A stretch of 64,000 nucleotides of DNA from Antedon mediterranea. Its lineage: Eukaryota > Animalia > Echinodermata. Below the pieces are notes generated by a model. It saw nothing but the letters and a program-made list of their open reading frames with translations, made no database searches and was not told the DNA's origin. Shown one piece after another: positions 12,469-26,010 of the stretch. The translations under genes and the position numbers were made by a program. The DNA is taken from assembly GCF_964355755.1 (NCBI RefSeq), contig NC_092674.1, forward strand, positions 25,854,001-25,918,000. The letters are read 5' to 3'. How positions within the stretch are numbered: the stretch's first letter is position 1; each line of letters starts with the position of its first letter.

Positions 12469-15400
12469 TTAATCATTCACAAATTTGTAACACTTCATTG
12501 CGCGATAGGCGTTCCATAATTCAAAAGTACTGTGTATTAGCCATTGAGTTGTATTACGCATTTGGCGTTCCGTATAAATCACTTTAAAGTAGGCCTATAT
12601 TCTACCTTTTATACGTATGTCAGTCAACATGACTGTGTTAACGAAAACTCGTTAGCCTAGCTTTCGAGTTACTAGAGGGTATGTTCTATTACATGACATT
12701 AAATAGGTTTGATGCTAGTTATTAGAATAATGTGTTGTCCACAACCGATGCTTAAATTATAGCAATAACAAATGAACTTATTGTAATTTTGCAAGATTTA
12801 CACTGACAAGTAGACGCCAATAAATTGTTTTTACAATACATTGTGGCGTACAATATCTATTCTTAGGTTGTGTTACTTTGTTGTAAAAAATACTGTTCTC
12901 TAATGCACATTATACTAGCCTAAACGCCGTGCATTGAACGAAAGGACGTAGGCATTTACATCGTTTGGCCATGTAAGCTTTGTGTATTTTTTAAAATTAT
13001 AGTACACACTGAATAGGCCTAACATAAAGTGAGAATTTTTTTAACTATGCTTATTTTTATTTTGTAATTATAGATGTTTCCTTAAAAGAGGTGTTATGCT
13101 TGGCTAAACAGTTTCATAAGTAGTTTGACGACGTTATCCATAATCACAGTTCAATTGCATAAATGCAACAAAGATAAAAACACATTTTAATTTGTATTTA
13201 TTTTCAAGCAAAGCAAGAATTAAAAAGAGAAAAACATTTTTGTTAATTGATAATGTATTTATAAAAAACATATAAGTATAGTTAATGTATAAGATTATAA
13301 ATGAAATGAATTAATGATGACATGTATAAAAATTAATTAATGATAAAAACTGTTAATTGATAACGCAGGTATAAAGAAAGGTATATAAGATTATAAAATA
13401 AAGATAAAAACGCAGTTAAGTTGTATTTTTTTTCAAGAATTAAAAAGATAACAATTGTTAAAAAGAGAAAAAAAGTTTGTTAATTGATAATGTTTTATAT
13501 TTATACTAACAAATATCTTTTTGAATATAATAATAATAATAACAATAAAAATATATCAAAACAAATTATTAATAATATTTATCGCATAATATACAATCTA
13601 CGATAATTTAATTAATTGATATAAAAAAATGTATTAAATAAATAATATCATTTGAGTAAAAGAACAAATCACACATCTACACATAATCAAACATCGTATA
13701 CTCTATCTCTAACAATTTTTTCAATCTTCTACCGACTAAAGCCGAAGTATAGTCGTTATCTCGGAACCGTTCTATGGTTACCACCAGGTAGGCTTACTTC
13801 ATCAAGGCTTCTATGAATGGATGTACTGGTTGGGAGCAGAAAAACTAGTAGACCATACCCAGTACCGTTTTGATTACGATCAATCGGGAAATTACCTCAC
13901 GTAAGAATATAAGTATAATTAGATTTTAAAAGAAGTGAAATGCATTGATGATGACATGTATAAAAAATCGAAAATAACTATGGTGAATAATGATAATTGG
14001 TATAGAAACAAATACAAAAATCATTAGTAATCAAACAAATAACAAAATTGCAATTGTATAAATATATATTACTGTTTTTATATGATGTTTGTTTGAAATA
14101 AAAGTGGGATGATCCCACAAAAAGAAAAAAATAAATAAATAAATGCAATTTGAAATATGTTTAGACTTCTTTAGTACAGTATCCTGGCTTCTAACCCTTC
14201 AGGGTCCAAATATTCTAATATCTACAATAGGCCAATATGCTAGTAGAAAAATGTCATCAAGCCATAGACCAATTCATCCCATCCAGCCTACAATATGTCT
14301 CACTGCTGTCAAAATTTGAATGTCAGAAAAAATACGTTGTTTTTATTTTCGTATTGAGGCGACTGATGGGTGGTGTTATTTTGTCCTACTACTATAGAAA
14401 GTAATCCACGATTCAATTCTTAATATAAATAGGATAAGATAAACAGAGAAAAAATAATTACAGTTAGTTAATACTAAATTAATAACTAAATAGCATCACA
14501 GTGCATACAGAACTTACAAAGTTATAAAGGGAAAATTGAGATATATAGATACGCTAACTTTTGGGTTAATGATGTCCCCATGAGTATTTCTCAACTCTAT
14601 TTAACGTAATTATTCAAAAAATAATTCTATATTTTTTTTTTAGAATGCACAGCACAGTACGAAAGTCATGGTAGGTCATGTTTGAAGCCTGTATATTGTT
14701 ATAAACTACGTTTACAAGGCCTAAGGGAAAATATTGTTATTAAAAAACTGAATAAAAATGAAATGACCTTGTGTTTCTTATTTAATTAATTATGATAGTT
14801 TAGTTACGAGAATCTATCTACCGACTATTATTTTGCGTAAGCCAGGCCAGCGAGTCAGATTCTTTGGACAAAGTATTTAATAAAATAATCAAAAACGATG
14901 AACAATATTAACGAAAGTGATAATTTAATTAACGAGTGTATGTTATCTAATTTGTTTCATTTCCTACGACAACCGCCACAATTCATTTGATTCACTATAC
15001 AAAATGATGTGAAAATATAGCATATGTATGACATATTAAATTAAAAGTATTTAATCTACCAACAACGTGTGGATCACAGATCCACTTGTCGTGACCTGTC
15101 ACGTACAAAGACTTAACATAATGCTTAATATGTGTTAAGATGTATGGTTTATATAAGTCAAGAATCTATCAGGAAGCTGTTGCTTGCTGTGATGGAGTTA
15201 AGCAAGCTGAAACACTGTGCTTAAATGTATTATCTTATCGTGCTATAGGCCATTCCTACAAGCACGATTATATGCTTCTCTTTAAGCACAAACTTCAGAA
15301 AGTAAGAACGCAACTAGAACATCCGATACGATTTTATTGGCTATTTCGATCAAATAACGCTGTTGTCTGTCCTATATCTTGTTGAACTTGTTAATTGTCG

Positions 15401-17232
15401 AAGCTTTAGAAATACAAGAATGTAACAAAGTATTACAGCGTTTGGAAACTGAAAGAAATACTTTTCTGCAAAATGCAGATACCGGAAGTGGGCGTGCTAT
15501 TTAATATGTCTGCCTATATTGAAGATGCAAATAACTCGAGTTTTTGTGACCGCCCTAATATATCGATTTTAAATTTTTAAAATTTAAAAATTGGTTGGTG
15601 TTTTGTATGATATATAAAAAAAAATCAGGGAGATAACTTTAACTCGAAGATTGTGGACATTGGACGCAAAGATTCATACAAGGCCTAAAACAAACGCACA
15701 TATTTTACCAATGTCTAAGGGGGAACAAAGCCAAGAGAATGTCGTATTCCATAAAATGAAGGTTTAATGAAATAAAGCAATTCTCGGTAAAAATGAGTGC
15801 CCGCGAAAGCATGAGTGCACGCGAAATATGAGAAATGGATATGTAGATTATCTTTAAAAGGGATTAATATCATTCAGTGTGAAACAGTGGAAGAGTGAAA
15901 TGGATTTGATATTTCTATTTACAAAATGATTTTTTAAAACGAAATCAAACAGACGTAAATTCATTCACCAATATAGAATCGACGTCTTTAAACAAAATTC
16001 AAAGAACATTGACATGTCTATGGGCATCCGATGTGAAGTTTGATTTCGCGGAACGCCGAGGTTACGTGTGAAGCTCCGACAAAAGCCTATGGTATGTGAT
16101 AATGACATGCGCAACGCCTTCCATAAATTAATTCGACTGCGCACCTGCCGAAGCAAAGACAGAAAGAAGGATAAAATATGTACTACAAAATTATTTATGA
16201 AGACAGTTTTGTCTTTTAAGTCGCTATACAGCTCGGTCGGTCGGTTATACATTATAGCGATTCGAGCGTAATGGGGGTGATGAGGGGTGGGGGTTTGTTG
16301 ATTAGCAATAATTAGCCTACTATCGATATGTAAAGTAAACTTTGTTTTGTTGTTTTGTTTTTTTTTGCTTTTAAAAAGGTGTGAAATAGCGTACCGTATT
16401 TATTCGAATAACCCACTTTATATAGCCATATTTTCATTAATTGTTTTTTAAATGTTTGTTTTTCATATCGAGAGGGAGTTTAATTTCGCATCCCTCCCCT
16501 TTAAATAAAATGCCTCCATCGAATAACACGCCCGCACCTTCTGAACAGCAAACTCCATACTACATTGACGATGCTTATGTCAATGTATTGTGGTCACGCC
16601 CAATCGTGCACACTTAAAAAATGGGTGTGTCAGGTACACGATAATTGTCTGAAAACTTTAATCTGTATTAATATTATTACTGTGGATTACAATTTTAACG
16701 AGTATACGATTATCGCGGCCTTCTTTATGTCTTCACATTTTACGAGTTGTAGCTAGTATAATAATTAAAAATAATATAATGTACTTACTGAACATGGAAT
16801 GACCTTCTCCAGAAAAATCGTGTTCTTTGTTTGAAATTTTAAATAGTCCATTAATTGTATACTACGCCAAATTAATGTTTTCTTTTGTTAACCGACCGGA
16901 TGAATAATTAAGCGGTAGTAACATACATATTGTATTTTCTTAGGTTACGTCAAGGATATTGACAGGTTTTAACATTGCCATTAATTAACATCACTGTAAT
17001 TTATAATACGCGGTTTCATTACTTTTGTTAATGAAAAGATAAAATTTGAAATTGGAGATATAATGATGAATAAAACAGGTCAATATGTTGCCACAAACCT
17101 ATTAAATGCATTTGTGTCACAGGTAGCTAAATCGACTTATGAACTAAATCCATTGAGGTAAGGTTGTCCTGGAGGAGAATTTTCCTGATAGTTATCCTGC
17201 ATGAGGAGTTTTCCGAAATAGTTGTCCCGGAT

Positions 17233-18126
17233 GCGATTTTTTTTTCGTACATAAGTTGGGGACCCCCTCATGAAACGTCACAAAATAAACATGAATAATT
17301 CATCAGTTAAATTTTCTTGTTCCGTGTGCACCCAAGCGTATAGCAACAAGAAGTGATTACAGTAGTTTACACAAGTGCGGTACGATTCTAGGCCTATCTC
17401 CGCTGTGGTTGCCGCGTGCGATTTTATAATAGAATAGCGGCGTTTTGTGTGGATTGTCGAAATAATCAGCCTTTAGTTTATGGTGTGTTTAATATAATTT
17501 ATTACTAAAGAATTACGTGTTAAAATTATAGTTTCTATTGATACTATTAGGCCTAATTACTATTCTCTAAACCCGTGTCTATTCTAGTAGTAGCTGTGTT
17601 GGTGTGTGTGACGTGTGTGTTAGAGTCAGCAAAATTAAACAATAAACATTACACAAAAATACATTTTTTATTCTCGTGGGTCTAACCTTCCCATCTCATG
17701 TGTTCATATACGCGCAGTTCCTTTGATTACATGCATATTGTTTGATAATAAAATAGCAGAATTAAAAAAATACAGTACACAAATTATACACATTCTTTAT
17801 TCTTGTGGGTTTAAGCTTTCTTTGGGCTATGTCCAATGAATTACTACTTAGTGTAATGTCTTGCCTAGCTGTCGATTAGCCTCGGCTCGACACATTTTGC
17901 ATAGTGGTGTGTGTGTGTGTGTGAAGAAGAGTGCGCGAAGGCAATCACGTTGACTTAGAATCCTAGGCCTACTGTAAAAGTATCGTATCGCAGTTGTGTA
18001 ATCACTTCTTGTTGCTATACGCTTGGGTGCACACGGAACAAGAAAATTTAACTGATGAATTATTCATGTTTATTTTGTGACGTTTCATGAGGGGGTCCCC
18101 AACTTATGTACGAAAAAAAAAATCGC
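17233..18126. mobile_element. Non-autonomous MULE/Mutator-like element (894 bp)
   Basis: Near-perfect ~130-bp TIRs (17233-17361 and 17997-18126) begin GCGATTTT. An exact 9-bp TSD GTCCCGGAT sits at 17224-17232 and 18127-18135. Confidence 0.85.
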
Positions 18127-19230
18127 GTCCCGGATGTGTTTTCATGGAGTTTTCCTGGATGTAGTTGTCCTGGAGGAGAGTTTTCCTGGTGGTAGTTATC
18201 ATGCGTGAGGAGTTTTCCGAAGTAATTGTCCCGGATGTGTTGTCATGGAGTTCTCCTGGATGTAGTTGTTTTGAATGTAGTTCTCCTAGAGGTAGTTGTC
18301 CTGGAGGTAGTTGTCCTGGAGGTAGTTGTCCTGGAGGTAGTTGTCCTGGAGGTAGTTGTCCTGGAGGTAGTTGTCCTGGATGTAGTTGTTTTGAATGTAG
18401 TTGTTTTGAATGTAGTTGTCCTGGAGGTAGTTGTACTGGAGGTAGTTGTCCTGGAGGTAGTTGTCCTGGAGGTAGTTGTCCTGGATGTAGTTTTGAATAT
18501 AGTTGTTTTGATTGTAGTTATCTCGGAGGTAGTTGTCATGGAGTTGTCCTGGATGTAGTTGTCCTGGAGGTAGTCGTCCTAGAAGTTGTTGTTTTGAATG
18601 TAGTTATCCTGTGATAGTTGTCCTGGAGGTAGTTGTCCCGGATGTAGTTGTTTTGAATGTATAGTTATCCTGGAGGTGGTTATCCTGGAGGTAGTTGTCC
18701 TGGATGTAGTTATCATGCAGGAGTTGTCCTGCATGTAGTTATCCTGGAGAGGTGGTTAACCTGGAGGTGGTTATCCTGGAGGTAGTTATCCTGGAGGTAG
18801 TTAACCTGGAGGTGGTTATCCTGGAGGTGGTTATCCTGGAGGTAGTTGTCCCGGATGTAGTTGTTTTGAATGTAGTTATCCTGGAGGTAGTTATCCTGGG
18901 GATAGTTATCCTGCAGGAGTTGTCCTGCATGTAGTTGTCCTGGAGTTAGTTGTCGTGTGGGTAGTTTTCCTTGAGGTATAGTTAGGCGTGGAGGTATAGT
19001 TTTCCTGAATGTATAGTTGTCCTGGAGGTACTGTAGTTTCCCTGGAGGTAATTGTTCTGAATGGAGTTTTCCTGCATTATTGTCTTGGAGTTATAGTTGT
19101 ATTGAATGCAGTTGTCATGGAGGTAGTGTAGTTACTTTGGGATTATAATTTGTCCTGGAAGTAGTTGTTGTACTTAATGTAGTTATCCTGGGTAGTTTTT
19201 CTGTAAGTTGTCCGAGAGGTAATTGTCCTT
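18127..19230. repeat. 15-bp minisatellite (GTAGTTGTCCTGGAG)n; also 17157-17232, interrupted by the MULE-like element
   Basis: Direct tandem repetition that degenerates towards both ends. Confidence 0.92.
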
Positions 19231-19807
19231 GGCGTTGGGGTAATTCTAAACTGTACCTACATTACAGAAACGTATTAAACCTAATTGGAAGAAGTAATTA
19301 CAAATAATGTGTTGTCTCAATTAAAAATATATCATTTTACCCACAATAGTCTTTCACCGAAAAGATGAACAGTTTAATAATTGCAGTTGGTAATTATTAC
19401 GTTATTTATTTAATTTGATACGCTACAATTAACGCAATGATCATAAACAACAAACGAATCGATATGTCAGTAATAAGCACCTCACTATCATCGTCAACCG
19501 GTTAATTTGTTTGGCAGCGGGAATTGCAAAACAAATTAGATTTATGGAATAATCCCAAACGGTTGTCGTTATTTTATGATGAATTACCTGATCGTAGGTA
19601 GGCATATTTCAGTAAGTGCTTTAAAAAATACTAAGCATTAATCAACTTCCCGGGATGGCCTCTTCTGTGTGATTTTGGCACGCGCCTTCGAATTTCCACA
19701 AATTATGATATTATCGAGTAGATAAACAAGTGTAAGCTCATGGCATCAGCCGAAAGGGGATACTTTAGTCACAAGTCATAATAAAAACAATATATATATA
19801 TATATAT

Positions 19808-19914
19808 ATACTACTGATACCCACAGCAGTCATTTTTTCAGTAAATTGCCTTTCGATATAATATATCGAAAGGCAATTTACTGAAAAAATGACTGCTGTG
19901 GGTATCAGTAGTAT
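19808..19914. repeat. Perfect palindrome, 53-bp arms with a 1-nt spacer
   Basis: 19808-19860 is the exact reverse complement of 19862-19914. Confidence 0.92.
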
Positions 19915-21349
19915 CATCACCGACTTGATCTCAATGTACACATTTTCAAGCTTGCGGAAAGCACTATTACTTTGGCAAGACTATAGAGATTAATATAACA
20001 TAATTAGTTACATACTATACTTATAACTTTAAAGTGTGTAGGGTTGGTACATTAATTATGAACTACTGTGTCCGATATCTCGTCCTGGAGGTAGTCATTT
20101 ATTTGGAGAAATCTGTTTTCGGAAAAAACATTTCTATTGATCATACATTCCAATCATTATCTATCTATAGTTTCCCCTATGTTTCATAATTGTTGGGATT
20201 TTATTTGTGTTACATGAGCTTGTTGAAACTAAGCACCTTCTTATCAGCGGAGTGGGGGAGGATATTTGATCATTTTAAGGAAAATTCATGTTTTGTCGTT
20301 TTGATTTCTATTACAAATATTTGATTTATGTACAATCAACCAGATATTATATTTAAAATTCATGCTATACATGAGCTTTAAAAGAATTATATCTATGTTT
20401 CCGAATAAATGGTATTTCACCTACCGCTCTTTTGGTGGTAATCAGAATTGTGACGATTGTCGTTATAGAACTACTTTTTACAAAAAAACTCATGTGAGTA
20501 ATGTTATGAATTATGTGAAGTGGAGCGATAGTTTGGACAACTTTGTTGCAAGCGCTCCTGTAATTCTCCGCGTCAGCGGTAGATTTTCAGACAACTTTTA
20601 AAATTATTTTGTACATTTCTCTATTCACCTAATGAATGCAAATGGCTGGAATTTAAATTTATTTAGTTGAAAAAATAATTCTGGAAAAACATAACCCACT
20701 TATTTGTTAAAAAAGGTGTATGAATGACTTTTTACCGTAAACAGAATTTTAAAATGTACAGATCTAACGTGGTTTGGTTCCAATATTGAATTGGTAACAT
20801 TCTTTTTTTTGTCTGATGTTATCCTTTTGAAGTTGACAAAACTCAAATATCTTTTAAAGACCATTACTTACATCAAAATCATATCCATACAATGTTGAAG
20901 CCGATATATAAGCACAAATTATTATTTTATGGCGCCTATTTTGAAAATCCAAAATGGCGGCTTTCCCAGGGCCAGATGACCTGGGAATTTTTTTTTGGTG
21001 GATATATTATAGACCCCATATAACACAAATCAGTTGAGAAACACTTGTTTCTATTTTTCCAAGACTAGCCCTTATTAGACTTCAAATAGGGATACTATAC
21101 ATCACAACAACATCTGTGCGTAAGACAACCAATTATTAAAGTCTATTTTGGGTTTTCAGTTAATTGATAATTACTACAATTAATCATTTTGCAATAGTGA
21201 CACAAACACAGTTAGTTGACAGACAATGTGCTGCTGTTATTTTGAAGGTCTAGTTCGTAAATAAGACTTTGTTTCCCGCTCAGATGACGTAACGTGTTTA
21301 ATTGAGTAAATGCGTCAATTTTAGTGAAAAAAAATCCTTTTGGCTATTT

Positions 21350-21752
21350 AGTTACCATCAACCGTTTTTAAATTAACACATCCATGCGTTTTGCTCATTG
21401 CGTCTGACTTAAACACCTTATTGTACATTATGTAATATGCAGTTACCATTAACCCTCTCATATATCAACCGTTTTTTAATAAACGCATCGATGCGTTTTG
21501 CTCATTGTGTCTAACCTAAACACGTTATTGTACATTTTGTAATATGTAGTTACCATTAACCCTCTCGTACATCAACCGTTTAAAATTAACTCATCGATGC
21601 GTTTTGCTCATTGCGTCTAACTTAAACACGTTAGGATACTTTTTTTTTTTACCATTTAGGTAAATCTTCTGGTACATAAATCGTTTTTAAATTAACGCAT
21701 CGATGCGTTTTGCTCCTTTGCGTCAACGTAAACACGTTAAGACAGTTACCAT
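21350..21752. repeat. ~100-bp tandem repeat, ~4 copies
   Basis: Recurring ATCAACCGTTTTTAAATTAACGCATCGATGCGTTTTGCTCATTGCGTCTAACTTAAACACGTTA. Confidence 0.8.
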
Positions 21753-24470
21753 TAGCTATAACAGTAACACGCGAATAACGCAGAACTGCGTTTACATGAA
21801 CCAATACACATGACGTAAACGCATTGATCAGATTTTATGTTTATGACAGTAGTGGACATTCTCGTTAGTCGATTAGAACGTTTACGCATAACAGCCACAT
21901 CAAAGTTTTATCAACTAGAAAGTAGTACGTTTTTATTATATATTCCATATAAAATATTGCTAAACATTCACAATGTTCTCATTCTCTGCCTGTCGCTAGA
22001 ACAGTGCGTAACCGTATATGCTCGCCGAGCATTAAACATAAAGTGACTGATTCTCGTTACGGACAATGATCGTATGTTTTATTTATTATTATGTGTCGAG
22101 CATCATATCATATGCGGCCGACATTTTAAGGTGCGCATTCATCAATGCCTGTTGAAGTATAATGTTTTACATTGTAAATAAACTCTACTTTAATTATTGC
22201 CAAGTACATTACCAGACATTGCTATTAAGATTCAGTATTATTTTATTGAATAATGTCATTGTGGTAGACAGTCACATTATTCAGTATTCGTATCAGCATC
22301 CCTGAAGCGAAATATACCGAATTCATTGTAATGTTCATGTCTACACTGTCAAAACTGTAAAAAAAAAGTGTGATGTGTCCAAATATGCTGGTGATATGCC
22401 CAAATATGGTAGTGATATGACATCACCATGTCCATATATGGGCATATCACTTTTTTTTGTCACATAAAGTTTGAAAGTGTAGACAAGGTTTAAGAAGAAT
22501 ACAAGTTCCAAGAACAAGTATGTACGCGCAAAGCACGTAATGTCCACCAATCACAAGCAACAGTTCGGATAGAACATCGCTTGTGATTGGTCAATTTTTA
22601 CTTGCTTCGTATGTACATCGTAGCGTCCTTAATGCGAACCAAGCATTAGTTTTAAGTAACGCCAATATACAATACAGTAGTACGCATGTTTACATGCATT
22701 TTACACGTAAAAAGAAAGCACTGAGAAAAAAGCGCATCAATTGAAATTTCCCAGTCCCCGGCCGGGTGGCGGCTATGTGTTTATATACGTAACACATTGA
22801 TATACTTTCCAGTTGAAAAATAATGTTTTCCTGTCTGGTAAAAGTGAATCAGCCATTAATTTAGCCTTATATATGCGTCATGTGTATATTGTGTTACAAA
22901 CATGTTGTTTAAATCATATTTTACGATAACACAATTTTGATAAGCGATTGCATCCTGGGTAGTACATCACATTGTATTTTGCGAATCACATGCACGAAAG
23001 TTTGCGGATTATTACCCATCTCGTTCCATTTAAGTACTGAAAACAGGAGCTTAATGGTTTGTGAAACTAATGGAAGCGAACATGACGATGATGCAGATAT
23101 TTTGTGCGCTGTATCAGGCAACATCGCTTCGCGCACACGGTGGATTAACGAGCAACAAATCAATTACATAGCCCGTGTGTTTACGATCCCATAAGCGCAT
23201 ACTCAAATGCACTACCATATAAATATAAGTCAAGATTTAGACAAACCGCTAATCCGCAGTTATTGGAAGCACTTTATTGGCTTAGCGATGGCTATACTCT
23301 GACAGTTTACAACGCATCTTACCAGGTGTCCTGTGACAGGCAGAGAGAGAAGACAATTGCAATTAACCTGGCTGCTATGAAATATAAATAAGAAAACAGA
23401 GTTAAACGTTACATTGAAATTCAATATTATTTTTAAGCTATTAGGACATTAGATTAATATCCGTGTTTCAATTATTGTATCATTGACATAAGATGAGACA
23501 CAGACTAATGATAGTAATACAATAGGAGCTGAAGATTAAAGCTTGGTTCCCACTAGCGACGCAACGTAACGCAACCTACGCAACGTATGAAACTGTGTTT
23601 TTCCCCGCCTGCTTGAAATCAAACCTGCGATGTTTGCAGCATTGTTGCGTCGTCGGTTCCCACTTGTGATTACGCAATACAGGACTTTGCGTCAATACGT
23701 CGTAGCGTTGCGTTACGTTGCGTCGTATACGTTAATCAACACCGTTTTCTGCTTTGCGTACATCGTGACAATGATGATTCAATTTCTCGTAAAGCTTGAT
23801 TCCCACTAGGACGCAACGCAAGGACGTAAGCGCAACGCAACTGAATTGACCAATGACAAGCGACAGTTGGGATAACCCATAGCCTTTGATTGGTCTAGTT
23901 ACTTTCTTTGCACTATCCTTACGTCAAAGCTTTTGAAAAATGATAACCCAGTAATGGAACGCGATGGTGGTTTGTGTCGTGGTACATCTGGGCAAGTAAG
24001 ACAAATAAAAGAATAAAAAAGAACGGGAAAAAAATGTATTCCTTGTTATTAGTCTGTAGTGGAATTTGCATATAGTCCAGTTTTGTTTTTGCTACGTAGC
24101 AGCTATTTAGATTCTGGACAGCATTTTGACTTAACGTCACGCTTCATTGCCTGTCGGATCCAAAAGTTCATTGTTTGTCTGCAAAACATTGGCCTAAGAC
24201 GGCCTAGGCTAAGTTTACGGCGTTCGCTCTCTGCGGGTGAAATCAATTATTACCCAGGCGATGATTGTAAACTGCATGGTCCAATGAGAAGCGTTCTAAT
24301 AAAGACATTTGCCTTTAGAAGGGCCCTGTGTCATCTGATCTACGTTATGCTATGCATAAGGTCAATTTTTAGTTGTATATGTGTCTTAGCTTGGTAATAA
24401 TAGTTTTTAGTTTTGTATGAGTGGAACCTCTCGTTGTGAGAGAGTTCATCTGTTTTGAGGAGAGAACCAA

Positions 24471-24785
24471 TGATTGATTGATTGAAATATATATTTATAC
24501 TGGGTAACCTCTTCAGTCTTTGACTGGTCTCCCAGAGGGCCCAGTTGGTGATCAGTGATTGTGATGAACTTATACACCGGGGTAACCCCCTACTCGTCTC
24601 GAAAGATGTACTAGGTTCTTTAAAGTGCACACGAGCTAGATGTGTACACTGGACCTACTGTTTATAGTCCTTATCCGAGAAGACTCGTTCTACCACCAGA
24701 ACCATGGAGTGAGTGAGTCTCAAACCCTGCCGATGTTATGGCTACGTAATTACGGTTCCACTGTCTTAACCGCTCGGCCACTCAC
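24471..24785 (-). mobile_element. tRNA-derived SINE with Deu/Nin-type conserved core
   Basis: On the minus strand: A box TGGCCGAGCGG, degenerate B box GGTTTGAGACTC, core TCTCGGATAAGGACTATAAAC..AGGTCCAGTGT...GCACTTTAAAGAACC, and a (TCAA)n tail. Confidence 0.8.
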
Positions 24786-25157
24786 TCACTCACCAATAAA
24801 TGGAATAAAATAAAATAAATTGCATTATAGCTTAATGTTCACATCACATTCAGACACAAAAATATATATGTGCTTATAGTAATAACAACACAATGTTCTA
24901 TAGTACTGCACCTAAGCACGTTGACCGTCTTTTGGAGACTTTAAGACAATTCTTGAAATTCAAATTGGATTAGGCGTATGTCTTTGCTTCCCATTACTAT
25001 CAAAGTGAAAACCAAACATTGAGAATGTTGTAGATAAATGAAGAAAAGTTTGTTGACCATTACTATTTTTTTTGGGCGTAGATTAATGTTTTTCAACACA
25101 GTCAGTGGTATTAATACATATTCAAAGATAGGACCCCTTAAGTTTGGTTCCTACTAA

Positions 25158-25771
25158 AGCGTGGTTCCCACTAGCAACGCAGTGACGTATTGACGCAAAG
25201 CTGTATTGCGTAATCACAAGGTGGGAACCGACGACGCAATAGTGCTGCGAACATCGCGGGTTTGATTTCAGGCAGGCGGGGCAAACAAAATTATTGGAAG
25301 GGCATTTTCTTATGTTGCGTAGGTTGCGTTACGTTGCGTCGCTAGTGGGAACCAAGCTTTAAAGCGTGGTTCCCACTAACGACGCAACACAAGGACGTAA
25401 CGCAACGCAAGTGAATTGACCAATCACAAGCGATGGCTTGCTAACTGTCTATAACTAGCTTCGCTTGTCATTGGTTAAACGCTTGCGTTGCGTTTACGTC
25501 CTTGCGTTACGTTCTAGTGGGAACCAAGCTTTAAAGAGTAACCTTCCGTACCAAAGTGTCCTTCTAATATAGGGCTTGGCTGTAATGTGAAAATATATTT
25601 TCCCTTTGCAGTTTGTTTCGCTTGATAGTTTCCCCGTAAGCTTGGTCCCTACCAGGACTCAGCGCAAGATGGTCGTAAAGGCAACGAATAAAAAAAAAAC
25701 CAATGACAAGCTACAGTTCGAATAATCCATCGTTTGTGATTTGTCAAATTACGTCAAGCGGGAACCAAGCT
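25158..25771. mobile_element. Cluster of three Harbinger-like MITEs (25158-25358, 25363-25530, 25639-25771)
   Basis: Repeated AGC(T/G)TGGTTCCCACTA...TAGTGGGAACCAAGCT termini. The first two copies are joined by TTAA. Confidence 0.8.
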
Positions 25772-25904
25772 TACCTTAGTGTCTCCAAAGGAGGAGTTAC
25801 TGTAATTAGGAAAATCATATCTTAAGGCAGTCAAATAATTTAGCTATTGAAATACATTTTAAAGCAACTTCTGAACGTTAACTTTACTTTTTGTTTGTTT
25901 ACAG

Positions 25905-26010
25905 ATGCGCATCTAATTCAGCTAACAAGGAAATGATGTGTTCCGATATTTAGGTTTAGAAAGTGATACGACTAAAACCCGTGTCACAAAGTACTTAAAG
26001 CGACATCTGG
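25905..26010 (+). other. Candidate 5' UTR exon of the GPCR
   Basis: Strong acceptor (tttactttttgtttgtttacAG) and consensus donor (TGG|GTAAGT) enclose 106 nt, 1.8 kb upstream of the coding-exon acceptor. Confidence 0.55.

Noticed and set aside
18165-18934. Cys/Gly-rich (GGSCP)n, (LEVVV)n and (SRTTT)n ORFs resembling metallothionein or mucin
   Set aside because: They arise from a 15-bp minisatellite open in multiple frames and interrupted by a transposon.
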